Shown in pieces: positions 25,426-38,385 of a stretch of 64,000 nucleotides of DNA; the stretch's first letter is position 1, and the number at the start of each line of letters is the position of its first letter. The position numbers and the translations under genes were made by a program. The notes under the pieces are model-generated. The model was given only the letters and a program-made list of their open reading frames with translations, was not told the origin of the DNA and made no database searches. Source of the DNA: Camelus dromedarius (Eukaryota); the NCBI RefSeq assembly GCF_036321535.1, contig NC_087436.1:100318001-100382000 (forward strand). The letters are read 5' to 3'.

Positions 25426-26020
25426 CATCACTTTTTAGTTGTGGCATCTTGTTATTTAATCTATTCTGTGTTTCACTTTACACACACGCACAGACACATG
25501 CACATATATCTTGTAATTAATAGAACTAAATGATTCAGTGCTTAGCAGAATTCCTGTCGCATATCGAGCACTTTAGAAAAGTTGATCAGCATTATTTGCA
25601 AAAAGAAAAGAAGTTGAGGTTGAGAAATCCAACTACTTTGCCCTAAGTCGCATTTCTAAGTATTGAGTCAGGAAGGCTAATGAGGGTCAAAATGAGCTAC
25701 TGGTATGTATCTTGAAAACTAAAAGATGTATCAAAACAGCTCCATTGATGGAGAAGTCATAAGGATAGTAAAATTGTTGATACTTCAATGAATTTGTATA
25801 CCAGCACAAAACTGAAGGATGCCAGGAATTATGGTTAAAATAGGTTAATATTACACACTTTGACATTATAAAATTGGTAAGAGAGCAAAGTTAGGAGATG
25901 AGGGAGACGCAGTCCAGATAAATAACAAATTTGCTAATTCTACATATTTACAGTCAGAACCTAATAAATGACATATAGTGTGTGATTTAAAATAAGTAGA
26001 GCCTCTGGGAGTAAAAAATG

Positions 26021-26105
26021 AAACAAAACAAAACAAAACAAAACAAAACAAAACAAACAAATAAACCAAAAAAAAACCCCCAAAACAAAAAACAAAACCA
26101 AAAAA
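26021..26105 (+). repeat. (AAAAC)n / A-rich simple repeat
   Basis: Directly visible. Confidence 0.9.
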
Positions 26106-27726
26106 CTCAAGCTTATAAAATAGAAGATATTTTAGGAATACTATATTGCATTATTTATTTGAAGGTTACCAACATCTTCACATTAACTTTAGTTTATTCT
26201 TGATTACACTTAAAATTAAATAAATTAATTTGTATCATATTAGCATGTATGGTATTGCAATATTTTTGAAATTTATTTGAAGATCTCTGTCTCTTTGGCT
26301 GGCTTATCCATTTTTTCCTTTCTGTAAATACACACTGAGAGATAAAAGATACAATGTCTATCAAAAGTTACCAATAATTATTTCTAAGTGGTAGGATTTA
26401 ACAAATTTTAAAATTTTCTTTTCTATATATTCTGAAGTTCTTAGAATCATCATGGTTATTTTTTAAAAATTATTGATCTGAAATAAAATATATGGCTCAT
26501 AATTGAATATTGCTGGCTTCTGAATAGCATGATGGTTGACTTTTTAAAGAAAAATAATAAAACTTTCCCTGAGTAATTTCTAATACCTTTTCAATTAAAA
26601 AAATATAGTTATTCCTTTCATGAAAAAGGCTTCATGAGGTACCAAAGAAACTTGCTTATCAATAAGTGATTCTTAATGTATCACTAGAGTTATTGAATTG
26701 AGTTTGGGCAAAACTCACAAAATAATAATTTAGATCTCATTACAGATGTTAATTACTGTTTCTAAGAATTTTGCAAGATTAAAATACTATATTTAAAACT
26801 GACTTAACTTTTCCAGGATATTAAGCTAACAGGATTTACTTTAACAGCTCATATTTATGTTTTGTAGATTTTCATAACTTTTTCCATTTGTGATATAATC
26901 TCTCTGAATGAATAGTTTAGTATTGAAGACACATGGCACTTATTGTTCACTTTTCTCCAGATAAATTGATTTTAAACAATTTTTTACCTCTTTTGGGTGG
27001 TCTGTGGGCCCAGGTATTTTTTTTTATTAGCAAAAGTCTTTTCCAAAATTTACAGGAATTGCATGTTAGGAATTTTTTTTCCTAATCTTCAGATTTAATC
27101 TTCCTTTCTAAACTAATCTCTGTTCAATTCCAAAGAAGACTTTTATTTCCCTAAATTTATTCTTCTTATTCTGTAAGAGCCATAAAATAAAGTTTGCATT
27201 CTAAGATCTAGAATTAGACTTACTACAGTGATACTTAACTTTTGCAATTATATATTGCTAGCATTTATTTATTATTTCATTTTAATGACTTTAAATTATG
27301 CAATGAGAAATTTAAAATGATATTTAAATATAAAATTAAACCAATTTGCATAAATCTTACATGTTTAACACTTACTTCACTATTATTTTTTTATCCAATA
27401 GAGCTTTTTTTCATCTTTTCTGTTCAGAACAGATTGTTTTTTAATCTAAGTAGCAATTTCTCCTAATGCTTATAAACATATTTACGTGACCAAAAAAAAA
27501 TTGAATGTTACATCAAATTTTAAGATTTTATGTGACCACTTTCATGCAACCCCAGCAGTATCTGGGGGGAAAAGACTATCTGTTCTACTACTTCCAGGAC
27601 TATAGTAATTAATAGTCCAACATATTAGCTCAGGCTGATCTTTCAGTAAATCCCAATTTTGTGCCTATATTGTCACAATCGTGGTGAAAATGTCTACTCC
27701 ATTTATTAGATTACTTTAAAAAAAGT

Positions 27727-28500
27727 CCGAATGGCCGTCATTCAAAAATCCACAAATGACAAATGCTGGAGAGGCTGTGGAGAAAGGGGAACCCTCCTAC
27801 ACTGCTGGTAGGAATGCAGTTTGGTGCAGCCACTATGGAAAACAGTGTGGAGATTCCTCAAAAGACTAGGAATAGACTTACCATATGACCCAGGAATCCC
27901 ACTCCTGGGCTTGTATCCAGAAGGAAATCTACTTCAGGATGGCACCTGCACCCCAATGTTCATAGCAGCACTATTTACAATAGCCAAAACATGGAAACAG
28001 CCTAAATGTCCATCAACAGGTGACTGGATAAAGAAGAGGTGGTATATTTATACAATGGAATACTACTCAGCCATAAAAACCGACAACATAATGCCATTTG
28101 CAGCAACATGGATGCTCCTGGAGAATGTCATTCTAAGTGAAGTAAGCCAGAAAGAGAAAGAAAAATACCATATGAGATCGCTCATATGTGGAATCTAAAA
28201 AACAAAAACAAAAACAAACAAACAAACAAAAACAAAGCGTAAATACAGGACAGAAATAGACTCACAGACAGAGAATACAGACTTGTGGTTACCAAGGGGG
28301 TGGAGGGTGGGAAGGGATAGACTGGGATTTCAAAACTGTAGAATAGACTACACTGTATAGCACAGGGAAATATACACAAAATGTTATGATAACTCACAGA
28401 GAAAAAAATGTGACAATGAGTCCATTAACTGAAAAATTGTGCTGAACACTGGAATTTGACACAACATTGTAAAATGATTATAAATCAATAAAAAATGTTA
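27727..28500 (+). mobile_element. Young 5'-truncated L1 (ORF2 C-terminus plus 3' UTR)
   Basis: Includes the zinc-knuckle region ([21 protein letters not shown], with a frameshift relative to the listed ORF); TSD aaaaaaagt at 27718-27726 and 28501-28509 at a TTT/AAAA endonuclease site. Confidence 0.97.
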
Positions 28501-29529
28501 AAAAAAAGTACTTACTCGGTCATGATGCTTTTTAAATGATATATTTAAAAATATCCATGTGTTGTGGTTTTCTTCTATTACACTATTCAATAATAAAAGT
28601 ATTCTTGTGTTCTCATATTACTTTAGAATAATATAAAAGAAGCTTTAATGAATTTGTCCTGTAATCAGTGAATAGTCTTGAAAATATTTATGAATTTTCA
28701 GTTAGGTTTAAAATGTCTGTTCTTTAATTATAAATAGTTGCAATATTTTAATTCAAAGTTTTATTATATATAATAGATATTTTGAAAAGTACTAAATCAT
28801 TTCCCATTAGTTTACTTAAAAATTCTATTTTATTCCCCAAATAATAGCTATTCTTTTTTGGTAGTAATGTCTTATTTGCTCTCATTTTTCTACAGATTGA
28901 ATTGTTGATGAGCCTAATTAATTAACTAAATCTACAAGACCAGTTTTAAGCAACAATAAAATTGAAATAGAGTATGAAATAAGAAAAAGAAGGAGATGAA
29001 GTGTAAAATCTTGCAGATAGTAAGGGTGGATTTGGCTTAGTCATGTGTCCATCTGAGATCAAAGAAAGCAAGCTGCGTGAGGACTCTCCTGGGTATTCCA
29101 TTACGACTTTGAGGAGAGCAGAAGCAATTGTTTCTTAAGGTATTGTAATTTATAGAACATAAAATGTGTTTTAGCAAAGACTTAGTCTTAAGAACATGAT
29201 TAGAATCCTGGCTTTATTAGTGTATGCGTCCTGTAAAATAGAAATAAATATTTACTATGTAATGTTGTAGCAATTATTTTCAAAGATATCAAACACCATA
29301 CTAGGTACTTAGTCATCACTGAATAGAGTTCAGTTTTTCCTTTGTATTCCTTGTAATAACATCACCATACTTAAAACTAACCCACACTCGATGTCTTCAT
29401 TCTGTTTCCCTGTCAGTGCACTGTCATCATCAACGAACACATGGTTTTCTAATACTTCAATGTGCAATGCATAGTAATTGCAAATGTTTTTTATACTAAA
29501 TATGGCCGAATGACAAGAATAAAATATTC

Positions 29530-30090
29530 TTTTTTATTCATTCATTCATCCATCTTTTTGTGCAACAAATATTAACATTTTTCAGTCACCATTCTATACA
29601 TTGGAAGTAAAAATATAGGAGTTGAATCATTTCTGTTCTCATGGAGATTATAAACTGTGTTGATTTTAACCTATATTAAAGGCTTAAAATAAATTCAAAG
29701 ATTCCTCAAATTTCAGATGGAATGAAGGTCGCGGGAGGACTGCAGAAATGAGAGGTTTTCTCAGGGTCTCTCCATTACATTATATTGGAAATTGAATAGT
29801 GGATACTTGTTTTCAACTTTTGTAACAAATGTAATATGGTTCCAGTCTTCTCAGGTCTGTCTCCTCCTGTTGACAATACTCACAGTAACCAGAAATTGCT
29901 GTTTTCTTATATCCACTCAAAGCATGTTACTGACTACCTTCCAGGGAACAGAGTTTCAGGTACTGAGAATATAAAACTGAACATGACAAAATTGCTGTTC
30001 ATAAGGAACTCATTGTCTGGTATCTGATGGGGAATGAAATTAAACAAACAAAAATTTAAAATCTAGCATTATGAGTGCTATTGTTTATAT
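29530..30090 (-). mobile_element. L2 fragments
   Basis: 'attcattcattcatc..caacaaatatt' and 'catgttactgactaccttccaggg...ggaactcattgtctgg'. Confidence 0.55.
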
Positions 30091-33000
30091 ATTTTATGGC
30101 CTATTTGTGGAAGTATATAAAATGTAAATGATAAAAATTATTTATTATATCCTATTAAAACTAAAAATGTATGTTTTTTTAAAGTTTTGTTTCTTGAAGA
30201 TTATTAATTTCAACTGACTTCCTATATTGTTGTTGTCACATACTTTTTTAGCATAATTACAAAAAGGACTACATTTCTGTTTGTTATATCTAATGCTTCA
30301 GAGATGGTGGAGTAAATCTAGAAAGAAAAACTGAAGAAGGAACACATTTTTATTTTCCATAAACAATGAAAAAAATTCCTTGGATCTTGAGACCATCATA
30401 GTGCTTTCTGTCAGGCGTTACCTTTGTTTATATGGTGAAATGACTGAATGATCTATTGTTTTTTCTCAAGATTTTCATTATTTTGTGTCATTTTAATAAT
30501 GCTCTTATTACTTATTCATGAGAAGACAAAAGAAACAAGTGTAATCTAAGATATTGATTCAAGTGCTTGAATCCATGTTCCATATCTTTAAAGACATACT
30601 TAAATTTAGAATATTTTTATAGTAGCAAAGAAAATACTTAGAATAATATGGTGAAATATAAAATCATTGCTACATATTAACTAGTTTTGTCTATCAGTTG
30701 TAAAATAATGACTTGCTCAAATACTAAAAAGAACTAAAATATTTACACACCAATGAAGTTAAGTGAAAATGGCAAAAGGAAAAAAAAATCTATTGCTTGA
30801 AATGATAATAGGTCTAGCATGGTGAAATTTATATATTAAAGCAGTATAATTGGAAATAACAATATGAATTACATCATTATTTTCCTTAGTTTTACTCAAG
30901 TTAAATCTGGGTCAACATCACTGACACAAATGAGTGACAGTTTTCTTGCATGCAGTGCATATCTATCAACATTCATAGATTTAAATAATCTATGCCAATT
31001 TTGTCATTATAGAAATAAGCCTTGGTGCTAATAGTAAATGCTGTCTGAACAAAATTCAAAATTCGTTTTTAACGCTCTACCAGCCATTCCATACCAAAAT
31101 ACAATACTTGCTGAGATCTGTAGGTTGGCGTATCATAGCCATCAGAATATGTTTTTACTTAATAGATCAAAAATGGTTTATGACTCAACATAAATCACAA
31201 ATCAAAATTCCGAGGAGATATTAAATAAAATTGAATCTTGATCTTGGTATATGTGTTTCATAATTGCTGAAACAACTCAATGAGTGTGGCTTTTGGTTTA
31301 ATGCTGCACACAGCAAGCAAGAAAGTGATGATAAATTAGATTGATAAGAGAACAGCAGATGCTTCATTGTTTATATGTATTGCTTTACTAAAGACTATAG
31401 TCGCAAACATTCTTTGACAGTGCATTTGCAATGATGTGGATGGGAATCCTATTTATGAATTCAACTGGCTGATCTTTGTTAACCTGAGAAAACGGTAATG
31501 AAGCCTGTGAGTATATGACAGAATGATCTGAAGCTGTGATTAATGGAATGATTCTGTTGTTCTTGAAGCTGACCTAGTTATAGCTTATCTTTCATTTACT
31601 CCATAAAAATGGTCTTATTTGTTCTGTTTTAAGGTAATTCTTGTGTGGCCAAAGTGTAAATTCACATTAAAAAGAAAATACAGGACTTTATAAACTAAAT
31701 AAAAGAAAGAAACAAGTATTCTGGATTCAGATACTTATTTGTATTTTGTGCTTCATATAAATGCAAAAGGAAATTGGTACTGAATGGTTTTCTCATTTGA
31801 ACCCAGGATATATATTCTTTATTGTCTTTGGAATGTAAAATAATCTATCCCTTATCCATAACAAGCACATGACATTTTTGAAGCTTTTTGTCTCTCAAAA
31901 TTTTTGAAGCTTTTTGTCTCTCAAAAAATTTAAAGGATTTCTTGAGTGCTGATGACACCAGTTAGGTCTCAGACCTGTCTTAGGGGAGAGTCCATAGCAA
32001 ATTCTGGATGATGTGTGACCAGAGTACAACACTATCTGTTGCTGGTTATTAAAAAGAATGAATTTTCATTAAGAAAATTATACCTTACACTTGTGGTGTT
32101 GCACTATGTGACAAAGAATTGCTTGTGAGTTCCTTGAAAGGCAAGATCACAGAGGCAAACATGACGCCAGTGTACAGGACCTATACAACAGCCACAGGGC
32201 AGAATAACTCTCCAAGGCAGTGCCCTTTAGCATAGGTTTGTGAAAAGTTGGGGCAAGGGTTGAAAACCACTTTTTCCTTCTGGAGCCCGGAAGCAACTCA
32301 AAATAGATCTAATGTGGAAAATGTTCAAATCTTTGAGACTGAGATACAAAAATAAGCAAACAAACAAAAACCACCATTGCTTTTTATTAAGGTAAAGAGT
32401 TTATTGAATCAGAATAGCTTATAATATTTCAAAATCAAGAGTTGAAATATAAATCAATATAATTATTAAATTGACTAACATTAAGTGTATGTGATTCCAG
32501 AAAGTGCAATAAGCAACATCGAATGCATTGAATCATTGAAGCTGTAGTGTATAGACAACTTGAAATGCAATAATAATGCATATAACTCATTATATGTGTT
32601 ATTATGTAAATAAATAATGAATGTATTGGGTTTGAACTACTTCCTATGATTTATTTATATGAATATTACACTACTGTTATCCTAGAAAAATACTGCCTTG
32701 GGGAGTAATTTTTGTTTTTATTTTGTTTTTTATGGTTTTCAGAATACAGAATTCAGTAACATTCAACTCTATGTCATTATAACTGTTGAAGCATTGAGGT
32801 CTTTAGAAGCAATCAGGGGTCAGATTCAGATTATAAGCTAAACACATGGTGATGGCAAGCAGCTAAGATGAAGTGAATTTTGGAAAAAGTTGCAGAAGGA
32901 ATAATTCAGAACAGACATTAAAAGTCACCAACATCTAAAAAGAGCCAAAGAAATAAGATGCATGAGTCTTGGGAGCCTTTGTCAAGGAAATTCAAATCTG

Positions 33001-35679
33001 TTTGTTTCTTGCTAACCTTTGCTCATTTGAAATAAATTGGTAACCTAAATGTCAGATTGTGAACCAAAACATTTGAAACTTGTCAACTGGTTTTTGAAGA
33101 CACACTTGAGATTATATATTCACTCTAAAATCAGTTTAAATTGTCACCTGTAAACACTTCATTGCAGTAAATGTCTTTATTCAGTTGATTCTTAGTAGGT
33201 TGTTCACTCAAGGAATCTTCCTTGCAGATTTCAAACATATACAAGGTCCAAATTTGTGGCTTGTTTCAGTTAGTGAACATCTCAGAGATGCAGAGATGAA
33301 CTTATTTTCAATCTTTTTAAAGTTACATACATGGTATTTATCAATTCTCATTCTTTATGTTCTCAAACTTTCACCTCCTGTCAGTGTTAATGATATATTG
33401 TTTGATTACTTGTTTCTAATAGAGCTGGAATAAATTGAAATTTGAGTGGATTCCATATGTAATGATGGTTTATATTTTTGCTAAAGATATCACAGGACAG
33501 TGAATCATACACTAGGGTTAATTAGCTTGGCTAGAGCTAGGATTCATAATTATCCAGGTTATGTTGATTGCCATTTCCTCTTCATTCTTACAGCATATAT
33601 TTGTATCAGTTGAAATGCATAGGAACTTAACAGTCTCTACAGAAAATAATTTAAATCAGTTCCACAAGTGGTGTTCAGACACATAAAAGCATATGCAATG
33701 GTCAGTGGGGGTTGTGGGATGAAACAATATGGCAAAATTACGGAGCTAGATTAAGCACCCTTGAATGATATTTTCTCAAAAAAACAAAGTTCTTATGAGT
33801 AGCCTCAAAAGTGGGGCTCAGGGGTCGGATAACAACAGGACCCACAGCAGAGCCTAATTTTAACAAAGGCAAGGGCAGAGAACGAGGTTGAATCTTGAGT
33901 CAACAGAACAATGGCCATGTTTGCAATGGTAGCTTGATTTGCCAGAACTGAGCAACAGAAGTGGGTTCAAGGCACAATGTAACTTGATTTAAGAGCATAT
34001 GTAAGACTATCTCTTAGAGACCAAAGTCAATGAATAAAAAGGCCTAACTTCCTTCAGTCATATAAGCGAGGAGCAGGACACGTGCAGTCTTGGAATTGAT
34101 ATGACTGTCGTGCCATTTGCAGTTTTGCTGATGTTCAGGGAGCATCTGGCACAAATATATACAGCAAGTTCATGTGGGTTAGTTTGATTAAAACAAAATG
34201 ATAATATCCTTAAAGTCACATAGTAGGACAGGGTTGTTCTTAGGAAACCTGGCGTCTTTCATGATCTTACTCTCAATAATTATTTCACTGAAATAGTGAG
34301 TCCCTTCAGGGCCTCTTATTTTATCAGAATTAAAATTCTCTTTCCTTCAATCTTTCTACAGAGCCCATGTCTTATGATGAGAAAATTTGGTCTTAAGTAA
34401 GCAATTTTTAGCAATTATTATGACTATACTGCATGTAGTGATGCCTAACATTTCAAATTTAAATACAGACTGCCAACCATACCACTCTCAAGAGCCTCCT
34501 TTATCTTTGTTTTGAAAATGTGGTTTTATGTATTTATGCTGAAATGAAACAATGCATAAATGTTCTTTCATCTTGATACCTCATTTCATTAAGTTGTGAA
34601 GAAATAATTAGCATATGTGCTGAGTATAAACCTTACTTTAAATCTCATTTTTAATCTTCATTATGCTGCCACTGTAGAAACTAAATTTTAATTTGGAGTC
34701 AATATTTTCTTTTAGCCTTAGTTCTGGGTATATGGACTGAGTCATGGAATCAATAAGGGGGGAGTAAAGTAAAACTTGTTCCCTAAGTCAGATATCCACC
34801 TATAATATTTCCACCAAGGTATTTATAATTGTCCTTAGTCACTGGTCATTGATCCATATGAAACGCTGTGGAAATATGTTCCATTCCCATCTTTTTAGCT
34901 CTTCCAGATTTTGTGTGTACCTCAATCACTACCTTGCCCCAACTGGCTGTATTTGAATCGCTGTGCCTGCCATGACAGACTTACAACACTGTTTAAGGCT
35001 TTGCCTACATTCTGCTGGAGTGTTGCCACCTCTCTACCTTGTGGTTCTACCCAGACAGTCATGTAAAACTGACTTTACCTTTAAAATACCCATCTTATAA
35101 GAAGACTTCCTTCTCCTGGGTCCCACTCTGTCTTGCTTCCCATCGAATTTCATTGCTTTCTCAAGCCTAGAAATGTCTTTCTGAGCCTTAGAGCTGAACA
35201 GGGGAGAAAGTCTTGCACTTACTCATTTTTTCTCTGTTCTGACTCCTTTGCATTTCTTTAGGTGACTAGGATTTAAAAAATGGAAATCCAGGAATAGATT
35301 CCCATTTTCCATGCTCAATTGTATGGGATATGTTCCCTGATGCAGACTAGCATAGAATGGTCCAGATGATTTAACAGAAAAAGGACAGTGGGGGTAATAG
35401 AACATCATATTTCAAAAACATAATCTTGAGTCATATGCGATACACATGCATATTAAGATTGAAGGAGAGAACAAAGAGGAAAAAGTTAATAATTCTTGGA
35501 ATAAATTGTAAAATTGAATAGCAGAGAATTCCTCAATAAACTTTAGAACCCACGTAAAACTGACATGGAACAGAAAGAGAAAGAGCAATTATACACAGTA
35601 GGAAGAAAAATGTCACAAAGAAATATGCTAAATTAATAAAGATTACTTATAGACCAAACATAGTGTTGTTGTTTGCTTG

Positions 35680-36055
35680 TTGTAATCAAGCACTATGTTA
35701 GTGCCTGGAAAGCAAAGCATCACCAAGACATAATTTCTTTCCCCAAGGAGTCCAAAGACCAGTGGCAAAGACAAGGAGGCAAAACAGCAAATATAATACA
35801 TACATATAAAATATAAACTTAGTTGAAAGGAATTCTCAGAAAGCAGATGTGCTAGTGGTGGTGGTGATGGGAGTGTGTGTTTGTGTGCATGTATGATGTT
35901 TCCAAGTAGAATGACACCTGGGTTGAATCTAAAAAGGGGACAAGAAGGCGTGTAAACAATAGAGAATGTGGCACATTTACAAATCTGCAGTGATCTGCAT
36001 GTAAACAAAATATAAAGCCATCTTAGAAAAGAACTGGCTGACTGTAAGATTGTCT
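35680..36055 (-). mobile_element. L2 fragment
   Basis: 'agcactatgttagtgcctgg...ccccaaggag...gtagaatgacacctgggttgaatct'. Confidence 0.55.
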
Positions 36056-36499
36056 CTGTATAGATACATAGATAGATATACACATACATATATTTACATA
36101 AAAATATACATCAATATGTATATTTATATATTTTAATTTACTTAATGTTATTATCTATAGGATGCAATTAATAATGTGCTTCTTTTTAAAAACTAATACA
36201 ACATGTAAGACATTCATTTTGGGGGTTATCTGCTTGGATTTATTTCTTGTTGATCCCTGATGATAGTTAAAAATATGTCAAGGCAGAGGAACAGCCTAGA
36301 ATGTTTGAGGAGTGAGGGAGTTCAGCCTCCTTCCTCCATGTATTATCATGCTTAGCATGTACCATGAGCCAGGATGCTGGGCATGGGAGACACGTCATGG
36401 TCCTTGCTCTTAGAGTGCTCATGCTCCCAGGGTCACGGGAGAATGGAGAGCGCTAAATTGAAATCCTCATTCCTGGCAGAAGAGAGACATGAGATGTGG

Positions 36500-36680
36500 A
36501 ATTTCTGATTCTAGCTGGAATGGAGAAACCAGTACTAAACTAGCCCTATCACTGTGGACAACTACGTAATTGGATAAACTGTATGAAACAATTGTTTACA
36601 GACATCAGACAGCAGGCAGAATAAAATCGTTTTCCACAAGAGGAGAGAAACAAGCAAGGGGAGTCCCAATAAATGCACCC
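36500..36680 (+). mobile_element. L1M 5' region fragment
   Basis: 'ggataaactgtatgaaacaattgtttacagacatcagacagcaggcag' resembles old L1M 5' UTR. Confidence 0.45.
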
Positions 36681-38282
36681 CAAAGAGGAAGTCATTATTA
36701 CCACGATAATTAAAACTTATTCCAACAGTTTTTTCAATGAAAAGTAATCTCAGTAACTCCGTTTCCCTTTGTTACTGAGGAACCAAGAAGTTAAGTAGAT
36801 GAATGTGTCACTAACTACATTTACTATTTTTTTCATACTTACTACATGACAAGAACAGTATTAAATATACACTTGTGGTAACAACTGTAGTTTATACGGG
36901 TGTGACAAAGTAGCTGGAGTTAGATTATTAACTCCTTGGAGCTAAGGTGATGAGAAGCATTAAAAGAGATGAACAAATTGTGAGGCTTACGGTAGGTACC
37001 CTCAGGGATATTGAAATCATCTTTCAAGATGGCAGAAATGTGTAAATTTCCAAGAATTTTTAGGATGAAACTATATATAGTTCATAAAACAGGAAGCTTG
37101 ACTCATATTAAAAAAATGAGTTAATTATTTCAGATTGTTATTCCTGTGATAAAGTAACAGCTAAAGACTTGCAGGGATATACAATAGAACATCTAAGTCA
37201 CACTGCCTTTTGGGCAGGGGCAGAAAAGCCTGCGTTAACTGCTACAAGTACTATTTGTGAGACTAATTCATAAATTATGGTTTTATACTGACCCTGCCCT
37301 CTTAGAGCATGTGTTCCTTTCAGACCAAAATGCAAGGAAGCATGTTTATGGCACAATGTGTGAGAAAGATTTAGTATTTTAGCTTTATCTGCCCATTTGT
37401 AGACTTGAATAATTTTTATATTATAAGGAAAAATGGATCCAAAGAGTCTGATCTTAAATCCTTAGCAGGGTTCCAAAATGTCAGTTGGATTTTAAGCTAA
37501 GCTGTGTTCCTGTGTAAGCTTCATAAAGGGATTCTGCACTTGTGTACTGATTGGACACCTGGGGAGGTTGCATTCTGCAGGAAAGATAAACATCACTTTG
37601 GGTCCTATTCTTTGAAAGAAGGCAGTTCTTTTAAGTGAGGAAATCTAAAACTATTTTTTTTTTTTAATTTTGACATGGACTTTTTTTTCCCCTAAATTAT
37701 TTTCTTTCCTTTTTGTATCATGATCAAGAGGGAAATAAAATCTGGCTCACCATTTTCCTCAATTTTACAATTCCTGTTATCATGAAATGTGACTAGAATA
37801 TACACGAAGATGTGTTAACCTCACAAATACTTGACCTCTTCCACTCTGATTACCTTCAACTCAGCCTTCTGGATCCGCAAGTCTCCAGGGCCAGGATCTA
37901 CATGTGACATATCCAGGCAGAAATTCTAATCTGTGACTGTCATGACACACTCCTCCAGCTTGCAATCTGATGTTTTTAACTCTCACTGCATATTTCTTTG
38001 TTTTTTTCATTCATTCATCCATTCATTCATCCAAATTGGAGGAAACAGCCCCCTGTTATACGGCACTAATTCCCTAAACACTCTGAGTTGGATGCTGAAA
38101 ATGTGAATAAATACCATACTACATATCCAAGCTACGTACCCATGATGAGCTGTATGTAATGTGTGTTTTTTTCCAAGTAACCAGATAGTATGAGTACTAA
38201 GAATGATTAAAGGGTTTATTTGTTGTGTGCTGTGGGAACAGAAAGGAGGAATAGCAAACTGCCTGGAGGTGTTAGGGATCAT

Positions 38283-38385
38283 GAAAGAAAGAAAAGAAAG
38301 AAGGAGGAAGGAAGGAAGGAAAGGAAAGGAAAGGAAGGAAGAAAGAAAGAAAGAAAAGGAAAAGAAAAAAAGAGAGAGAGAGAAG
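38283..38385 (+). repeat. Polypurine (GAAA/GGAA/GA)n tract
   Basis: About 100 nt of purines only. Confidence 0.95.

Noticed and set aside
25426..27726. Inverted segment or composite transposon bounded by the inverted L1s
   Set aside because: Each L1 keeps its own matching TSD pair, so there is no inversion here, and there is no outer TSD or transposase.
25048..28198. Two identical ~125-aa ORFs as duplicated host genes
   Set aside because: They are L1 ORF2 C-terminal fragments inside 5'-truncated insertions with TSDs.
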